DNA from: a virus
IMG/VR virus record: IMGVR_UViG_3300046008_000291
Span: 113,659 to 177,658 of that record
Direction: 5' to 3' (one strand)
DNA length: 64,000 nucleotides
The position numbers were made by a program, and so were the translations under genes. Below, in pieces: positions 18,663-28,926 of the stretch. The number at the start of each line of letters is the position of its first letter. Position 1 is the stretch's first letter. Below the pieces are notes generated by a model. It did no database searches. It saw nothing but the letters and a program-made list of their open reading frames with translations, and was not told where the DNA came from.

Positions 18663-19510
18663 CACCACATCAAGCACAGCAGGGGTTTATGACCATTGCG
18701 CAGAATACAGCAGAGGTTGATTACTTACAGCTTGCTTACGTACAAGCAATGAGTATTAAACTGACCATGCCTGGCAGTTCGTACGCAGTAGCAGTTGATA
18801 AGAATACACTTGAACAGGTAACAGAACAACATCGAAAGGTGTTTGATTATGTAGTTACTATTGACAATGACCTAGCCCAAGACGAAACTTGGAAGTTATC
18901 AAATGAATGGCAGGCATTTTATCTCACACCATTCAAAGAAACAATTAAACTCGAAAGTGACATTGTATTCACTAGAAGTATTGCGCATTGGTGGACTGCT
19001 TTTAGATTAAAGAATGTTGTACTAAGCACAGGATGTAGAGATTATCAGCAAGAGTTAAGCGCATCACGAGAATACAGAAAGTTATTCGACGATAATGAAT
19101 TGCCCGATACTTACAACGGGCTAATGTATTTTAGATACAGTCGTGAAGCCACTGAATTCTTTATGTTAGCAGAACAAATATTTAAAAATTGGGCCTATCT
19201 ACGTGACAACGTATTACTTAACTGTCGCGATGATAATCCTACTACCGATGTTGTTTATGCTCTAACTGCAAAGTTACTTGGTGTAGAAGATTGCACATTG
19301 CCCAGCTTAGATTTTATTAATTTTGTACATATGAAGCCGGCAATTAACGCATGGACCAGTACACCCTGGCCTGAGTTAGTTGTATGCGAAACAGACTTAC
19401 CAATGATACGTATTGCCAACACCAATCAATATCACCCCATACACTATCATGAAAAGTCCTGGGTAACACCTGAATTAATCAAGGAGTATGAACATGAACT
19501 CTTTAAGTGA
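18653..19510 (+). CDS. GT-A-fold glycosyltransferase-like protein, paralog of 17886..18662
   Basis: QGFMTIAQN..VDYLQLAY; TPFKETIKLESD (ExD variant of DxD); RDDNPTTDVVYA. Confidence 0.55.
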   Translation: MRITPHQAQQGFMTIAQNTAEVDYLQLAYVQAMSIKLTMPGSSYAVAVDKNTLEQVTEQHRKVFDYVVTIDNDLAQDETWKLSNEWQAFYLTPFKETIKLESDIVFTRSIAHWWTAFRLKNVVLSTGCRDYQQELSASREYRKLFDDNELPDTYNGLMYFRYSREATEFFMLAEQIFKNWAYLRDNVLLNCRDDNPTTDVVYALTAKLLGVEDCTLPSLDFINFVHMKPAINAWTSTPWPELVVCETDLPMIRIANTNQYHPIHYHEKSWVTPELIKEYEHELFK

Positions 19511-19844
19511 ATTTGAAAAAGCATTGGCCATGCTCAAACCCATTGTAGAAGAAGTTAAAGAATATAGATTGCACTATGATGAACTTGGAATCATTACAAT
19601 GTGTACAATGATCAATCACCCAACGGATACTAACTATATTGTTGTTAGTCGAGATGAATATGACAACTATTTCCGTTATACAATTGTAGATAATAAGCTG
19701 AAAAAGATTGACAACAACCCTGGTTATCGTGTACAATTAGCTAGTAGTACCACTGGCTACGCCACAGTAAAGAAACATGCAGGAATACTAATAGAACCAA
19801 CTGACACCTATCAGGATATAGAATACTATGACACAAATCGTTGA
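19488..19844 (+). CDS. Hypothetical protein (118 aa)
   Basis: ORF overlapping both neighbours in the operon; no motif recognised. Confidence 0.55.
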   Translation: MNMNSLSEFEKALAMLKPIVEEVKEYRLHYDELGIITMCTMINHPTDTNYIVVSRDEYDNYFRYTIVDNKLKKIDNNPGYRVQLASSTTGYATVKKHAGILIEPTDTYQDIEYYDTNR

Positions 19845-20724
19845 TATAGCAGATTTAGCCTGCATCTATCTAAGCTACGATGAACCTAAGAAAGAAGAAT
19901 TTTGGATCAAGATTCAAAACATGGTTCCGTGGGCTAAACGTGTAGATGGGGTTAAGGGCAGTGATGCTGCCCACAAAGCCGCGGCGGCTGCCAGCGACAC
20001 CGAACGCTTTGTATTAATAGATGGCGATAACTTGCCCGATCCAGAATTCTTCAACCTGCAACTTACACTGGATGATACCAATCGAGATGTAGTATTCCGT
20101 TGGAAGGCTCGTAATCACATCAACGGACTTATGTACGGCAATGGTGGCATGAGTTGTTGGACCAAGGACTTTGTCAACAACATGCGCACACACGAAGCCA
20201 GTGATGGTGCAGATGATACAGCTATCGAGTTTTGCTTTGACCCACGCTATTGGGCAATGAATGATTGCTACAGTACAACATACCCAAATCAAAGTTCATA
20301 TCAAGCCTGGCGAGCTGGATTCCGTGAAGGTGTTAAGATGTGCTTGGATCGTGGCACAAAGCCAAGCCTTGGTGAATTTGAGCGACGTGTACACGCACGC
20401 AACTATGATCACTTGAGCATATGGCACAATGTGGGCATGGATGTAGAGAATGGTGACTGGGCTATGTATGGTGCTAAACTAGGCACATATATGACCATGA
20501 TTACGGATTGGGACTACAGAGAAGTACAGGACTTTGATGCACTGAATCGTATCTGGGAGCAAAACAAAGTATTAAATCTAGTAGAAGAATGTAACGAAAT
20601 GTCACATACATTAAGTGTAAAATTAGGATTGCCTGCTCCGCATTTTACAGCGGCGCAGAGTAGATTTTTCAAACATCACTACAAGAGCGTATTTAAGAAC
20701 AAAGGTATAATGTCGAGAGAATGA
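19828..20724 (+). CDS. GT-A-like glycosyltransferase
   Basis: IYLSYDEP..AKRVDGVKGSDAAHKAAA..RFVLIDGDN (DxD); later AWRAGFREGVK. Confidence 0.6.
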   Translation: MTQIVDIADLACIYLSYDEPKKEEFWIKIQNMVPWAKRVDGVKGSDAAHKAAAAASDTERFVLIDGDNLPDPEFFNLQLTLDDTNRDVVFRWKARNHINGLMYGNGGMSCWTKDFVNNMRTHEASDGADDTAIEFCFDPRYWAMNDCYSTTYPNQSSYQAWRAGFREGVKMCLDRGTKPSLGEFERRVHARNYDHLSIWHNVGMDVENGDWAMYGAKLGTYMTMITDWDYREVQDFDALNRIWEQNKVLNLVEECNEMSHTLSVKLGLPAPHFTAAQSRFFKHHYKSVFKNKGIMSRE

Positions 20725-21593
20725 GATTACACGATACTAATTTAGTAAAGTATTTTTCATATATCCCAGAAGTTTGGCGAACTTATCCTGTTTATCCATA
20801 TAATTTCATTGATCGAAATTCAAATACATTAGTGGTTACCATTGGTGACAGCTGGACATTTGGTGCTGATATTTGTCTAGATGATTATGCAATGTCTCAG
20901 GAAAGATTAGACAAGATGTATGGAAACATCGTTGCATCTAACTTGGGTGCCGACTTCTTAAGCCTGGGACAGAGTGGTACTTGTAATTTATATATAATTA
21001 ATAAAATAACAGAATTAGACACCCTTATTCCGCAATTGGATTATACTAATATTATAATCATATGCACATTTACCGAAGCATGTCGAACATTCGATGGACC
21101 GTTTGACAAACACAACGATTATGTCACGTGGTTTAGTAACCAAACATTTGATTCAGTTGATAAGTTTGATTCTATTATAAAATATCATAATGGACTACAA
21201 CAGGATTCAATAGTTGAATTAGCTGCAAAATATCAACACGTTAAAGTAATAGTGGGTACTAACTTTGTTGATCCTATTGGCATGAATCCAGCTATAACAA
21301 TCTTATCTAAAAGTTGGCTGCAGGTATACAGCGAACAAATAATTAATCAAGAATATCTCGGTCATTGTTATATTATGTCGCATTGGGTATTGGACAAACT
21401 GCCCGGAATCATTACTGGATTTAAACCAGATATAGATCGAACTTTATTATTGCAGTGGATGTGTGGATTAACTGAATCAGCAATGACACGAAAACAATTA
21501 GTATCAGACTCCTGTTATTTTAGAGGAATCAATCATCCACTTGCTGAAGGTCATCGAGTATGGGCTGATTATCTATTAGAGCAACTGCAATGA
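20721..21593 (+). CDS. SGNH-superfamily acylhydrolase/acyltransferase
   Basis: VTIGDSWTFG (block I GDS), LGQSGTCN, C-terminal NHPLAEGH; ATGA overlap with the upstream gene. Confidence 0.65.
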   Translation: MRLHDTNLVKYFSYIPEVWRTYPVYPYNFIDRNSNTLVVTIGDSWTFGADICLDDYAMSQERLDKMYGNIVASNLGADFLSLGQSGTCNLYIINKITELDTLIPQLDYTNIIIICTFTEACRTFDGPFDKHNDYVTWFSNQTFDSVDKFDSIIKYHNGLQQDSIVELAAKYQHVKVIVGTNFVDPIGMNPAITILSKSWLQVYSEQIINQEYLGHCYIMSHWVLDKLPGIITGFKPDIDRTLLLQWMCGLTESAMTRKQLVSDSCYFRGINHPLAEGHRVWADYLLEQLQ

Positions 21594-22555
21594 ATACGTA
21601 TACACTACAATTAGAAAATGATCAGTTGCACAATATTACTCCATTTATTAAATTCTGCCGTGATCACGAACATACAGATATTAAGTTAATTGTAAATCAA
21701 GAATCACATTGCTTGCAATTTTGTGGAGTGTATGCAATACTCGATTTATTTACATTTACCTCAGTTACTATTGTCACTGCTAATGCTGTTGAATGCCACG
21801 ATAGATATAGAATTGTTATTAATTGGGCATATTGGTTAAAACAATCTAGAAAATTTAAAACATCAAATGACTATACGTGGAATCAAACAAAAATATTTGG
21901 ATGTTTTTACGGAAGACCTAGTGCACCTCGGGTTGGCATTGCAGGCCATTTAGCGCAACATTATAATGACAAAAGTTTATTACAATTAAGATTTAATACA
22001 GACAGTGAAGATACACGCAAGTTGGTTGATATACAAAAACTATTTGCCTGGGATATAACTGGCGCAGCTAAATTAGATCAGTTGGTGCAAAATAAAGAAC
22101 AATATTTTCAACCTATACCTGCATACGAGTACACCACTGGTAGTTACGATTACAATAGTGATCTTAATAACCTATACAAAAATATTTTTGTAGATATTGT
22201 AGTCGAAGCTACAACTTTAGGTAATACATTTTATCCTACTGAAAAGATTGCACGTGCAATATTGTGTAGAAAACCTTTTATTGTCATGGCATCTAAATTT
22301 TATCTTGGCTATTTAAAACAAATAGGATTTAAAACGTTTGATGAATATTGGCCCGAGCTATATGATAACGCAGATGGTAAAGCACGATATCTTGCTATCT
22401 TAGAATTAATTGATCGTCTGGCAAAATTATCAACAGCAGAGTTGGTAGAGTTAAATATTAAAATGCAACACACTATAGAATATAATCGTCAGTTATTAAT
22501 AGCTCAACAATATAACAAGCAGGTTACAAGAATCATTCCGCATTATGAAAACTAA
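21590..22555 (+). CDS. Glycosyltransferase-like protein (GT-B; GT10/exostosin-like C-terminal half)
   Basis: DIVVEAT..FYPTEKIARAILCRKPFI..LKQIGFKTFD motif. Confidence 0.5.
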   Translation: MNTYTLQLENDQLHNITPFIKFCRDHEHTDIKLIVNQESHCLQFCGVYAILDLFTFTSVTIVTANAVECHDRYRIVINWAYWLKQSRKFKTSNDYTWNQTKIFGCFYGRPSAPRVGIAGHLAQHYNDKSLLQLRFNTDSEDTRKLVDIQKLFAWDITGAAKLDQLVQNKEQYFQPIPAYEYTTGSYDYNSDLNNLYKNIFVDIVVEATTLGNTFYPTEKIARAILCRKPFIVMASKFYLGYLKQIGFKTFDEYWPELYDNADGKARYLAILELIDRLAKLSTAELVELNIKMQHTIEYNRQLLIAQQYNKQVTRIIPHYEN

Positions 22556-23939
22556 AAGCGACTTTATGTCAACGGCAGAAGAAATGAAGGACAAGTTAGG
22601 TCCTGCACTCTGCTTGGCTAAATGGCAACAGGTAAGTCTACACTTGCCTACAGGACTTACTAATAGTTGCTATCATCCACCGTTACATGAAATTGATAGT
22701 GCACCGCTAGTGTTTAACCCGGGTGCCTTACACAATACAGCACATAAAAAACAACAGCGTAAACTTATGTTAGAGCAACAACGTCCAACAGAATGTAGCT
22801 ACTGTTGGAGTGCAGAAGACAATAAGCAACTAAGTGATAGACACTATCGTAGTGGTGAGCCATGGGCAGCTGAACACTACGAAACTATAGTAAATGCACC
22901 TTGGGATCAAGACGTTGTACCAAGTTATGTTGAAGTAAACTTCAGTCACGGCTGTAACCTAGCCTGTAGCTATTGCAGTCCACAGTATAGTACAGAGTGG
23001 GGCAAAGATATTGACCGATGGGGAGCATATCCTACTAGCACTCCACACAATGCACCTGAACATTTTGAAGGCAGACGTAAGCCTATTCCTGTACGTGCGG
23101 AAAATCCCTATGTAGAAGCATTTTGGCGTTGGTGGCCAGAACTGTACGGCAGTTTAAAACACTTCCGTATGACGGGTGGCGAACCCCTGATGGATAAGAA
23201 TACGCATCGTGTGTTTGATTACATACTTGCCCTGCCTAAGAGTGATCTACACGTTGACGTAACCAGTAACTTTAGTGTGGATAGTAATCTGTTTAAGAAA
23301 TACATAGATAAAGTTAAGCAACTATGTGAAGGTGAACGCATTGAACATTTTATGCAGTATGTTAGCCTAGACACAGGCAACAGCGAGCATGCAGAATATA
23401 TTCGCGACGGTCTACATTATTTTAGATGTATGTCTTATGCGCATCAATTTCTAACTGACATTCCTTATCGCAATAGTCTAACGTTTATTATCACAATGAA
23501 TAATTTAAACATACTAGGATTGCGACAATTACTTGAATCGATATTAGAGATGCGTAAAAAATACAGTTCGACCTATCAACGTGTATGGTTTGATACACCG
23601 TTGTTACGCAGTCCAACATATCAAAGTTTACAAATATTACCAGCAAGTTATGTTCGCATATTAGAAGATGTTGTTACCTTTATGCGAGCAAATCAGGCAG
23701 ACGAAACAGCTGATAACTTCGAAGGCTTTAAAGATTATGAAATACAACGTATGGAACGTAATGTTGAATGGATGAAACAAGGTTGCGAACTTGCCGCAGA
23801 CTATGTTACAATACAAAGAGCAGACTTTTATAAGTTCTTCAATGAATACGATAAACGCAGAGGATTAATATTTTTGGAAACGTTCCCACAAATGAAAGAG
23901 TTTTGGCAGGAGTGCAAATATCATGCCGAAAATAGCTAA
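22545..23939 (+). CDS. Radical SAM protein with N-terminal twitch-like Fe-S domain (1)
   Basis: CLAKW..SCYHP..CSYC, then core CNLACSYC (CX3CX2C) and MTGGEP. Confidence 0.85.
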   Translation: MKTKSDFMSTAEEMKDKLGPALCLAKWQQVSLHLPTGLTNSCYHPPLHEIDSAPLVFNPGALHNTAHKKQQRKLMLEQQRPTECSYCWSAEDNKQLSDRHYRSGEPWAAEHYETIVNAPWDQDVVPSYVEVNFSHGCNLACSYCSPQYSTEWGKDIDRWGAYPTSTPHNAPEHFEGRRKPIPVRAENPYVEAFWRWWPELYGSLKHFRMTGGEPLMDKNTHRVFDYILALPKSDLHVDVTSNFSVDSNLFKKYIDKVKQLCEGERIEHFMQYVSLDTGNSEHAEYIRDGLHYFRCMSYAHQFLTDIPYRNSLTFIITMNNLNILGLRQLLESILEMRKKYSSTYQRVWFDTPLLRSPTYQSLQILPASYVRILEDVVTFMRANQADETADNFEGFKDYEIQRMERNVEWMKQGCELAADYVTIQRADFYKFFNEYDKRRGLIFLETFPQMKEFWQECKYHAENS

Positions 23940-25299
23940 CGAAACAGATTTAGAATATAAGCGCAGAGTAATTGACATTAAGTCAGAATCATTCTGCGCG
24001 GCTAAATGGTATAACGCTACTATATGGTTAGGGTCAGGACAGACTACCAGCTGTCATCACCCATTGCCGCATGCTATTGACCTAGAAGCAATTAAAACTA
24101 ATCCCAGTGCTATCCATAACACTCCGCAAAAGAAATTAGAGCGTAAACAGATGCAGGTAGGTGATCGTCCTAGCGGATGCGAATACTGCTGGAAGATTGA
24201 AGACATGTATAAAGATCCTAAGTATGATGGGGTTGATGTACCAACTCCTATTAGTGATCGTGTGTACAAAACTGTAATTTATAACGATGAGGATTTAAAC
24301 TATGCATACAATTTACCTTCGGATCAAGATGTTAACCTCCGGACTTTGGAAATCGCCTTTGACCGCACTTGTCAGTTTGCTTGTAGCTACTGTAACCCTG
24401 CATTTAGCACTACTTGGGTTAAAGACATTCGGAATAACGGTGCCTACACCGATTTGGTGTCGGATGGACGTAACCACTTTACTCATACTCATGATAGCAA
24501 TCAATTGTTTAAGCTCGATGAAGTTAATCCTTATGTCGAAGCGTTCTTCAAATGGTGGGAAACAGACCTGCACAAGACGTTAAAAGAACTGCGCATCACA
24601 GGTGGCGAACCGTTAATGTCAGGATACACCTGGCGTCTAATAGAATGGTTTCAAAAGAACAAAGGACAAAGTACTACACGTCTTGCTATCAATAGTAATT
24701 TAGGATTTGAGAAAGATAAATTAGAGAGGTTATTAGATGCTACACAAGGTATCGAATTGGATTTGTACACTAGCAATGAATCGTGGGGCCGTCATGCAAT
24801 GTATATACGTGATGGCTTGGATTGGGATCAATGGGTTAGCAATGTACAGTATCTATTGGATAGCAAGAAACTGCGAGGCCTACATGTTATGTGTACCATC
24901 AATGCTCTATGCTTACTAAGCCTTACTGATTTGTTATGGATGATAGTAAAACTTAAACGCACTTATGGCAAGGATGCAATTAACTTTAGTCTAAACATCT
25001 TACGATTCCCTAGTTTCCAAAGTCCGTTGATCTTGCCTATGGAGATACGTGAACAAATGGCCGAAGACCTACAACAATTTGGCGAAGCGGCACACAGTGA
25101 ACTACACGAATCTGAATATAATCAATTGACTAGATTGATTGAGTACTTACAGACTGTAGACAGCCCACACAGTGGAGCACTATCACGTGAGATTTTACAA
25201 CGTGACTTTAAGAACTTTTATCAGCAATACGACCAGCGGCGTGGTCTAGACTTTAAATATACATTTACACAATTAGCGGACTGGTACGACACACTATGA
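23923..25299 (+). CDS. Radical SAM protein with N-terminal twitch-like domain (2)
   Basis: CAAKW..SCHHP..CEYC; core CQFACSYC; ITGGEP. Confidence 0.85.
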   Translation: MPKIANETDLEYKRRVIDIKSESFCAAKWYNATIWLGSGQTTSCHHPLPHAIDLEAIKTNPSAIHNTPQKKLERKQMQVGDRPSGCEYCWKIEDMYKDPKYDGVDVPTPISDRVYKTVIYNDEDLNYAYNLPSDQDVNLRTLEIAFDRTCQFACSYCNPAFSTTWVKDIRNNGAYTDLVSDGRNHFTHTHDSNQLFKLDEVNPYVEAFFKWWETDLHKTLKELRITGGEPLMSGYTWRLIEWFQKNKGQSTTRLAINSNLGFEKDKLERLLDATQGIELDLYTSNESWGRHAMYIRDGLDWDQWVSNVQYLLDSKKLRGLHVMCTINALCLLSLTDLLWMIVKLKRTYGKDAINFSLNILRFPSFQSPLILPMEIREQMAEDLQQFGEAAHSELHESEYNQLTRLIEYLQTVDSPHSGALSREILQRDFKNFYQQYDQRRGLDFKYTFTQLADWYDTL

Positions 25300-27854
25300 G
25301 CGATGAGCCAAGCAAGAAATTAACAGTACATCATAAAAATCACAATTACAATACTCGTAAACCTGTGTATATACATGAAGATGATTTAACAGAAGATCAT
25401 ACATATAAATTAATAGAAAGTAAACATTTCTGTATGATACCATGGACACACATGCACAGTATCCCTGACGGTCGTGCATACCCTTGCTGTCTGGGTGAAA
25501 TGCATTTGCCAATTGGCAACTTTAAAGAAAACACCATGGCCGAAGTATGGAACGGCACTCCATATAAACAGATGCGCATAAACATGCTTGAAGACAAGCC
25601 GAGTAAAGAATGTACTCGTTGTTACGAACAAGAAGACAACGGGTTCTTTAGTATGCGTAACAGTCAAAACAAAAACTTTGGCCATCATATTGCCCTGGCA
25701 GATAAAACTAATGCCGATGGCAGTTTAGATGACTTTAAACTACGCTACTATGACATACGCTTCTCTAATCTATGTAACTTCAGTTGCCGCACCTGCGGTA
25801 GCTTGTTCAGCAGCAGTTGGTTTGCGGAAGAAACTAAACTGTTTGGTAAATTAAATCATCCGCAAATTATGTTTTCTGGTAAAGATAAAAATGATATGTG
25901 GGAACAGATGCAGGAGCATATTCCGTACCTCGAACAGATATACTTTGCTGGTGGCGAACCACTGATCATGGAAGAACACTATCGCATCTTAGAAGAACTA
26001 GTGCGTCGTGAAATGTTCCATGTTAGACTAGTCTATAACACAAACTTTAGTCATATGCGTCTTAAAGATAAGATGGTATTTGAGTATTGGAAACTGTTTG
26101 ATGTGGTAAGTGTAGGTGCTAGTTTAGATGATTCATATCTTCGTGGAGAATACATTCGCAAGGGTCAAGACTGGGCAGAAACAGTAGAAAATCGTCGCAA
26201 AATGATTGAAATTTGCCCCAATGTTGACTTTTATGTTAGTAGTACAGTCAGTATACTCAATGCCTGGCATTTAACAGAATTCCATAAAGAATGGGTCGAG
26301 CTTGGCCTGATTAAAGCCAAGGATTGGAACGTAAACATTTTACAGAGTCCAGAGCGTGATCGTATTGACGTGTTGCCTATACAATTTAAAGATCGTATTA
26401 AGCAACGAGTCGAAGAACATATTGCATGGCTAGAACCACAGGATCAATTACAGCGAGCAGTGTCCGGTTATCGAGCTATTATCACATTTATGTATCAAGA
26501 TGATAAGAGTCATTTATTAAAAGAATTCTTTAAGGTCAATGATCAAACAGACGAGATGCGTAAGGAAACTTTTGAAGAAGTATTCCCTGAGTATCAAGAG
26601 TTGCGTGATCATTTAGGCATTAACAAGACGCATGATAATATCTGTATGTTACCCTGGGTTAGTATAGAAGCAAGTCCAGTGGGTACAGCTCGTCCATGTT
26701 GTCTAGCCAAAGACGAAATTACCAAGAGTGATGGTACTCCGTATAAACTTAGAGAAAGTTCATTGGCTGAGATTTATAATAGTGAATACATGCAGGACCT
26801 GCGCCAACAATTCCGCCGCGGTGAAAAACCAGCGACGTGTAATCGTTGTTGGAGTGAAGAAGATGCTGGTATAGTTAGTAAACGTATCAACAGTAGAATT
26901 AGACTTAAAGAGTTTTATCCTATTGTAGACTGGCGTAATGATACACCTGATCAACTATGGTTCATTGATCTTAAACTGGGTAATATTTGTAATCTTAAAT
27001 GTCGTATCTGCGGCAGTTGGAGCAGTAGTAAATGGGCCAAGGAAGAAATTGACTACGAAGCTATAAAATATAAAGACGTGGAAGGATATGACCGTAAGCA
27101 ACACGGAGCATACATGTTCCTACAAGAAGGTACGTGGCCCAGAGACAATGATATATTTTGGGATAACTTAAAAGCACTACTGCCAAACATTAAGTATTTT
27201 GAATTCACTGGTGGTGAACCATTCTTAATTGAAGAACACTTTAAACTATTGCGTTATGCAGTGGAGCACGGTTACAGTAGTCGTATTGATATACATTACA
27301 ATACCAACGGCACTGTGTATCCTAACGATGAAGAAGTTGCCCTATGGAGTAAATTTAGAAATGTTGAAATTGCAGTTAGCATTGACAACACCGAAGCACG
27401 TTTTGAATATGAACGTTATGGCGCAGTGTGGGAAGAAGTAACAGCCAATGTTGTGAAATTTAATGCCATGCGCACTGATTTAATTGCCACACAGGTCTGC
27501 ATGACTGTGAACATACAAAATGTTTATTATCTACCTGAACTATGTGATTGGGTCAATACCCAGGATTTTGACATGGTGCATTTTAATATGCTACATGACC
27601 CACATGTTATGTGTATTAACCGTATGACACCTGCGGCGCAACGATTAGTTATAGATCGATTAACTGCTTATCCATTCACAGTTAAACATCGTGTTGAGAT
27701 CGATAAAATAATTCAGTTTATTGAAAACGGCTCGGGCAGTGATGGCACTGAATTCCTACGTAAGATGCAGGAAACTGATCAATACCGTAATCAAAGCATG
27801 TTAACCACACATAGAGAAATTGCACTAGCAATGGGATATCATGACACCATCTAA
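25296..27854 (+). CDS. Double (head-to-tail fused) N-twitch radical SAM protein, 852 aa (modules 3 and 4)
   Basis: CMIPW..PCC..CTRC / CNFSCRTC / AGGEP, followed by CMLPW..PCC..CNRC / CNLKCRIC / TGGEP. Confidence 0.85.
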   Translation: MSDEPSKKLTVHHKNHNYNTRKPVYIHEDDLTEDHTYKLIESKHFCMIPWTHMHSIPDGRAYPCCLGEMHLPIGNFKENTMAEVWNGTPYKQMRINMLEDKPSKECTRCYEQEDNGFFSMRNSQNKNFGHHIALADKTNADGSLDDFKLRYYDIRFSNLCNFSCRTCGSLFSSSWFAEETKLFGKLNHPQIMFSGKDKNDMWEQMQEHIPYLEQIYFAGGEPLIMEEHYRILEELVRREMFHVRLVYNTNFSHMRLKDKMVFEYWKLFDVVSVGASLDDSYLRGEYIRKGQDWAETVENRRKMIEICPNVDFYVSSTVSILNAWHLTEFHKEWVELGLIKAKDWNVNILQSPERDRIDVLPIQFKDRIKQRVEEHIAWLEPQDQLQRAVSGYRAIITFMYQDDKSHLLKEFFKVNDQTDEMRKETFEEVFPEYQELRDHLGINKTHDNICMLPWVSIEASPVGTARPCCLAKDEITKSDGTPYKLRESSLAEIYNSEYMQDLRQQFRRGEKPATCNRCWSEEDAGIVSKRINSRIRLKEFYPIVDWRNDTPDQLWFIDLKLGNICNLKCRICGSWSSSKWAKEEIDYEAIKYKDVEGYDRKQHGAYMFLQEGTWPRDNDIFWDNLKALLPNIKYFEFTGGEPFLIEEHFKLLRYAVEHGYSSRIDIHYNTNGTVYPNDEEVALWSKFRNVEIAVSIDNTEARFEYERYGAVWEEVTANVVKFNAMRTDLIATQVCMTVNIQNVYYLPELCDWVNTQDFDMVHFNMLHDPHVMCINRMTPAAQRLVIDRLTAYPFTVKHRVEIDKIIQFIENGSGSDGTEFLRKMQETDQYRNQSMLTTHREIALAMGYHDTI

Positions 27855-28926
27855 TACATTTTGTTCAGCACCATGGATGAATAGGTATATTAATCCTATC
27901 GGTGAAATGTCACCTTGTTGTTTTACTACTAATATTGAAACTGAAGCAGACATAGCAGGTCTTAAACAATCATTTATAGACGGAGAACAAGCCCTAGCTT
28001 GTAAGTATTGCTGGCATAACGAACAGCATGCGATGCCTAGCCCAAGACTTGATTTCAATGCCGCCGCTGGTGGTAAACTATCATTTGATGACGATGTATA
28101 TTCTACGGCAGAAGTTAATCAGTTGTCGATTAACATAGGCAATTATTGTAATGCCGAATGTATCATATGTAATGGTATGTCTAGTAGCAAACGAAATAAT
28201 TGGTTAAAGCATCATAATAGTAAATTTCATAAAATTCATACTATACAACGTGCTAACGATAACATTGATGATTTACCGTACTTGAACATCAAGACGCTGA
28301 CTTTGCTCGGTGGCGAACCGACTATACATCCATCTACTTATAAAATTTTAGATTACTATATTAATAAAGGAATCTCAAAAAATATTTCTATTAGTCTAAA
28401 TACAAATGCAAGTAAATTAGATCCGAGTCTATTAGATAAATTAAAATTATTTGACATCCTGTCGATTACCCTGAGCATAGACGGCACCGGGTCATATTTT
28501 GAATATCAGAGAAGACCAATTAAATGGAAAATTGCAAAACAGGTAGCCGAACAATGGATGACTGCCGCCGACAATATTGTAATAAATTATGTTGTCACAG
28601 CAGTTAGTATATGGGGCTTTAATGAATTTCTCACATGGTTTTCTACATTGCCACAGTATGTATTAGATAAAAAACCTACGGTAATTTTAACTCCTGTGGG
28701 AAATAATCCTTGTTTATCACTAGCTGTATTAAACGACGAACAACGAACTAATTGGATTGATCAAGCAACTGATCACCCACTTAAACAACAGATAATTAAT
28801 ATCATTAACTCTACGGTATATGATAAATCATTGTTACCTCAACTAGCTGACAAAGTCAAACTTGAAGATACCACGTCGAAAATAAAATTTGCAGATATAT
28901 TCCCCAATTGGGATTTAAATGGATAA
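27841..28926 (+). CDS. N-twitch radical SAM protein (5), divergent
   Basis: CSAPW..PCC..CKYC; core CNAECIIC; LGGEP. Confidence 0.8.
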   Translation: MTPSNTFCSAPWMNRYINPIGEMSPCCFTTNIETEADIAGLKQSFIDGEQALACKYCWHNEQHAMPSPRLDFNAAAGGKLSFDDDVYSTAEVNQLSINIGNYCNAECIICNGMSSSKRNNWLKHHNSKFHKIHTIQRANDNIDDLPYLNIKTLTLLGGEPTIHPSTYKILDYYINKGISKNISISLNTNASKLDPSLLDKLKLFDILSITLSIDGTGSYFEYQRRPIKWKIAKQVAEQWMTAADNIVINYVVTAVSIWGFNEFLTWFSTLPQYVLDKKPTVILTPVGNNPCLSLAVLNDEQRTNWIDQATDHPLKQQIINIINSTVYDKSLLPQLADKVKLEDTTSKIKFADIFPNWDLNG

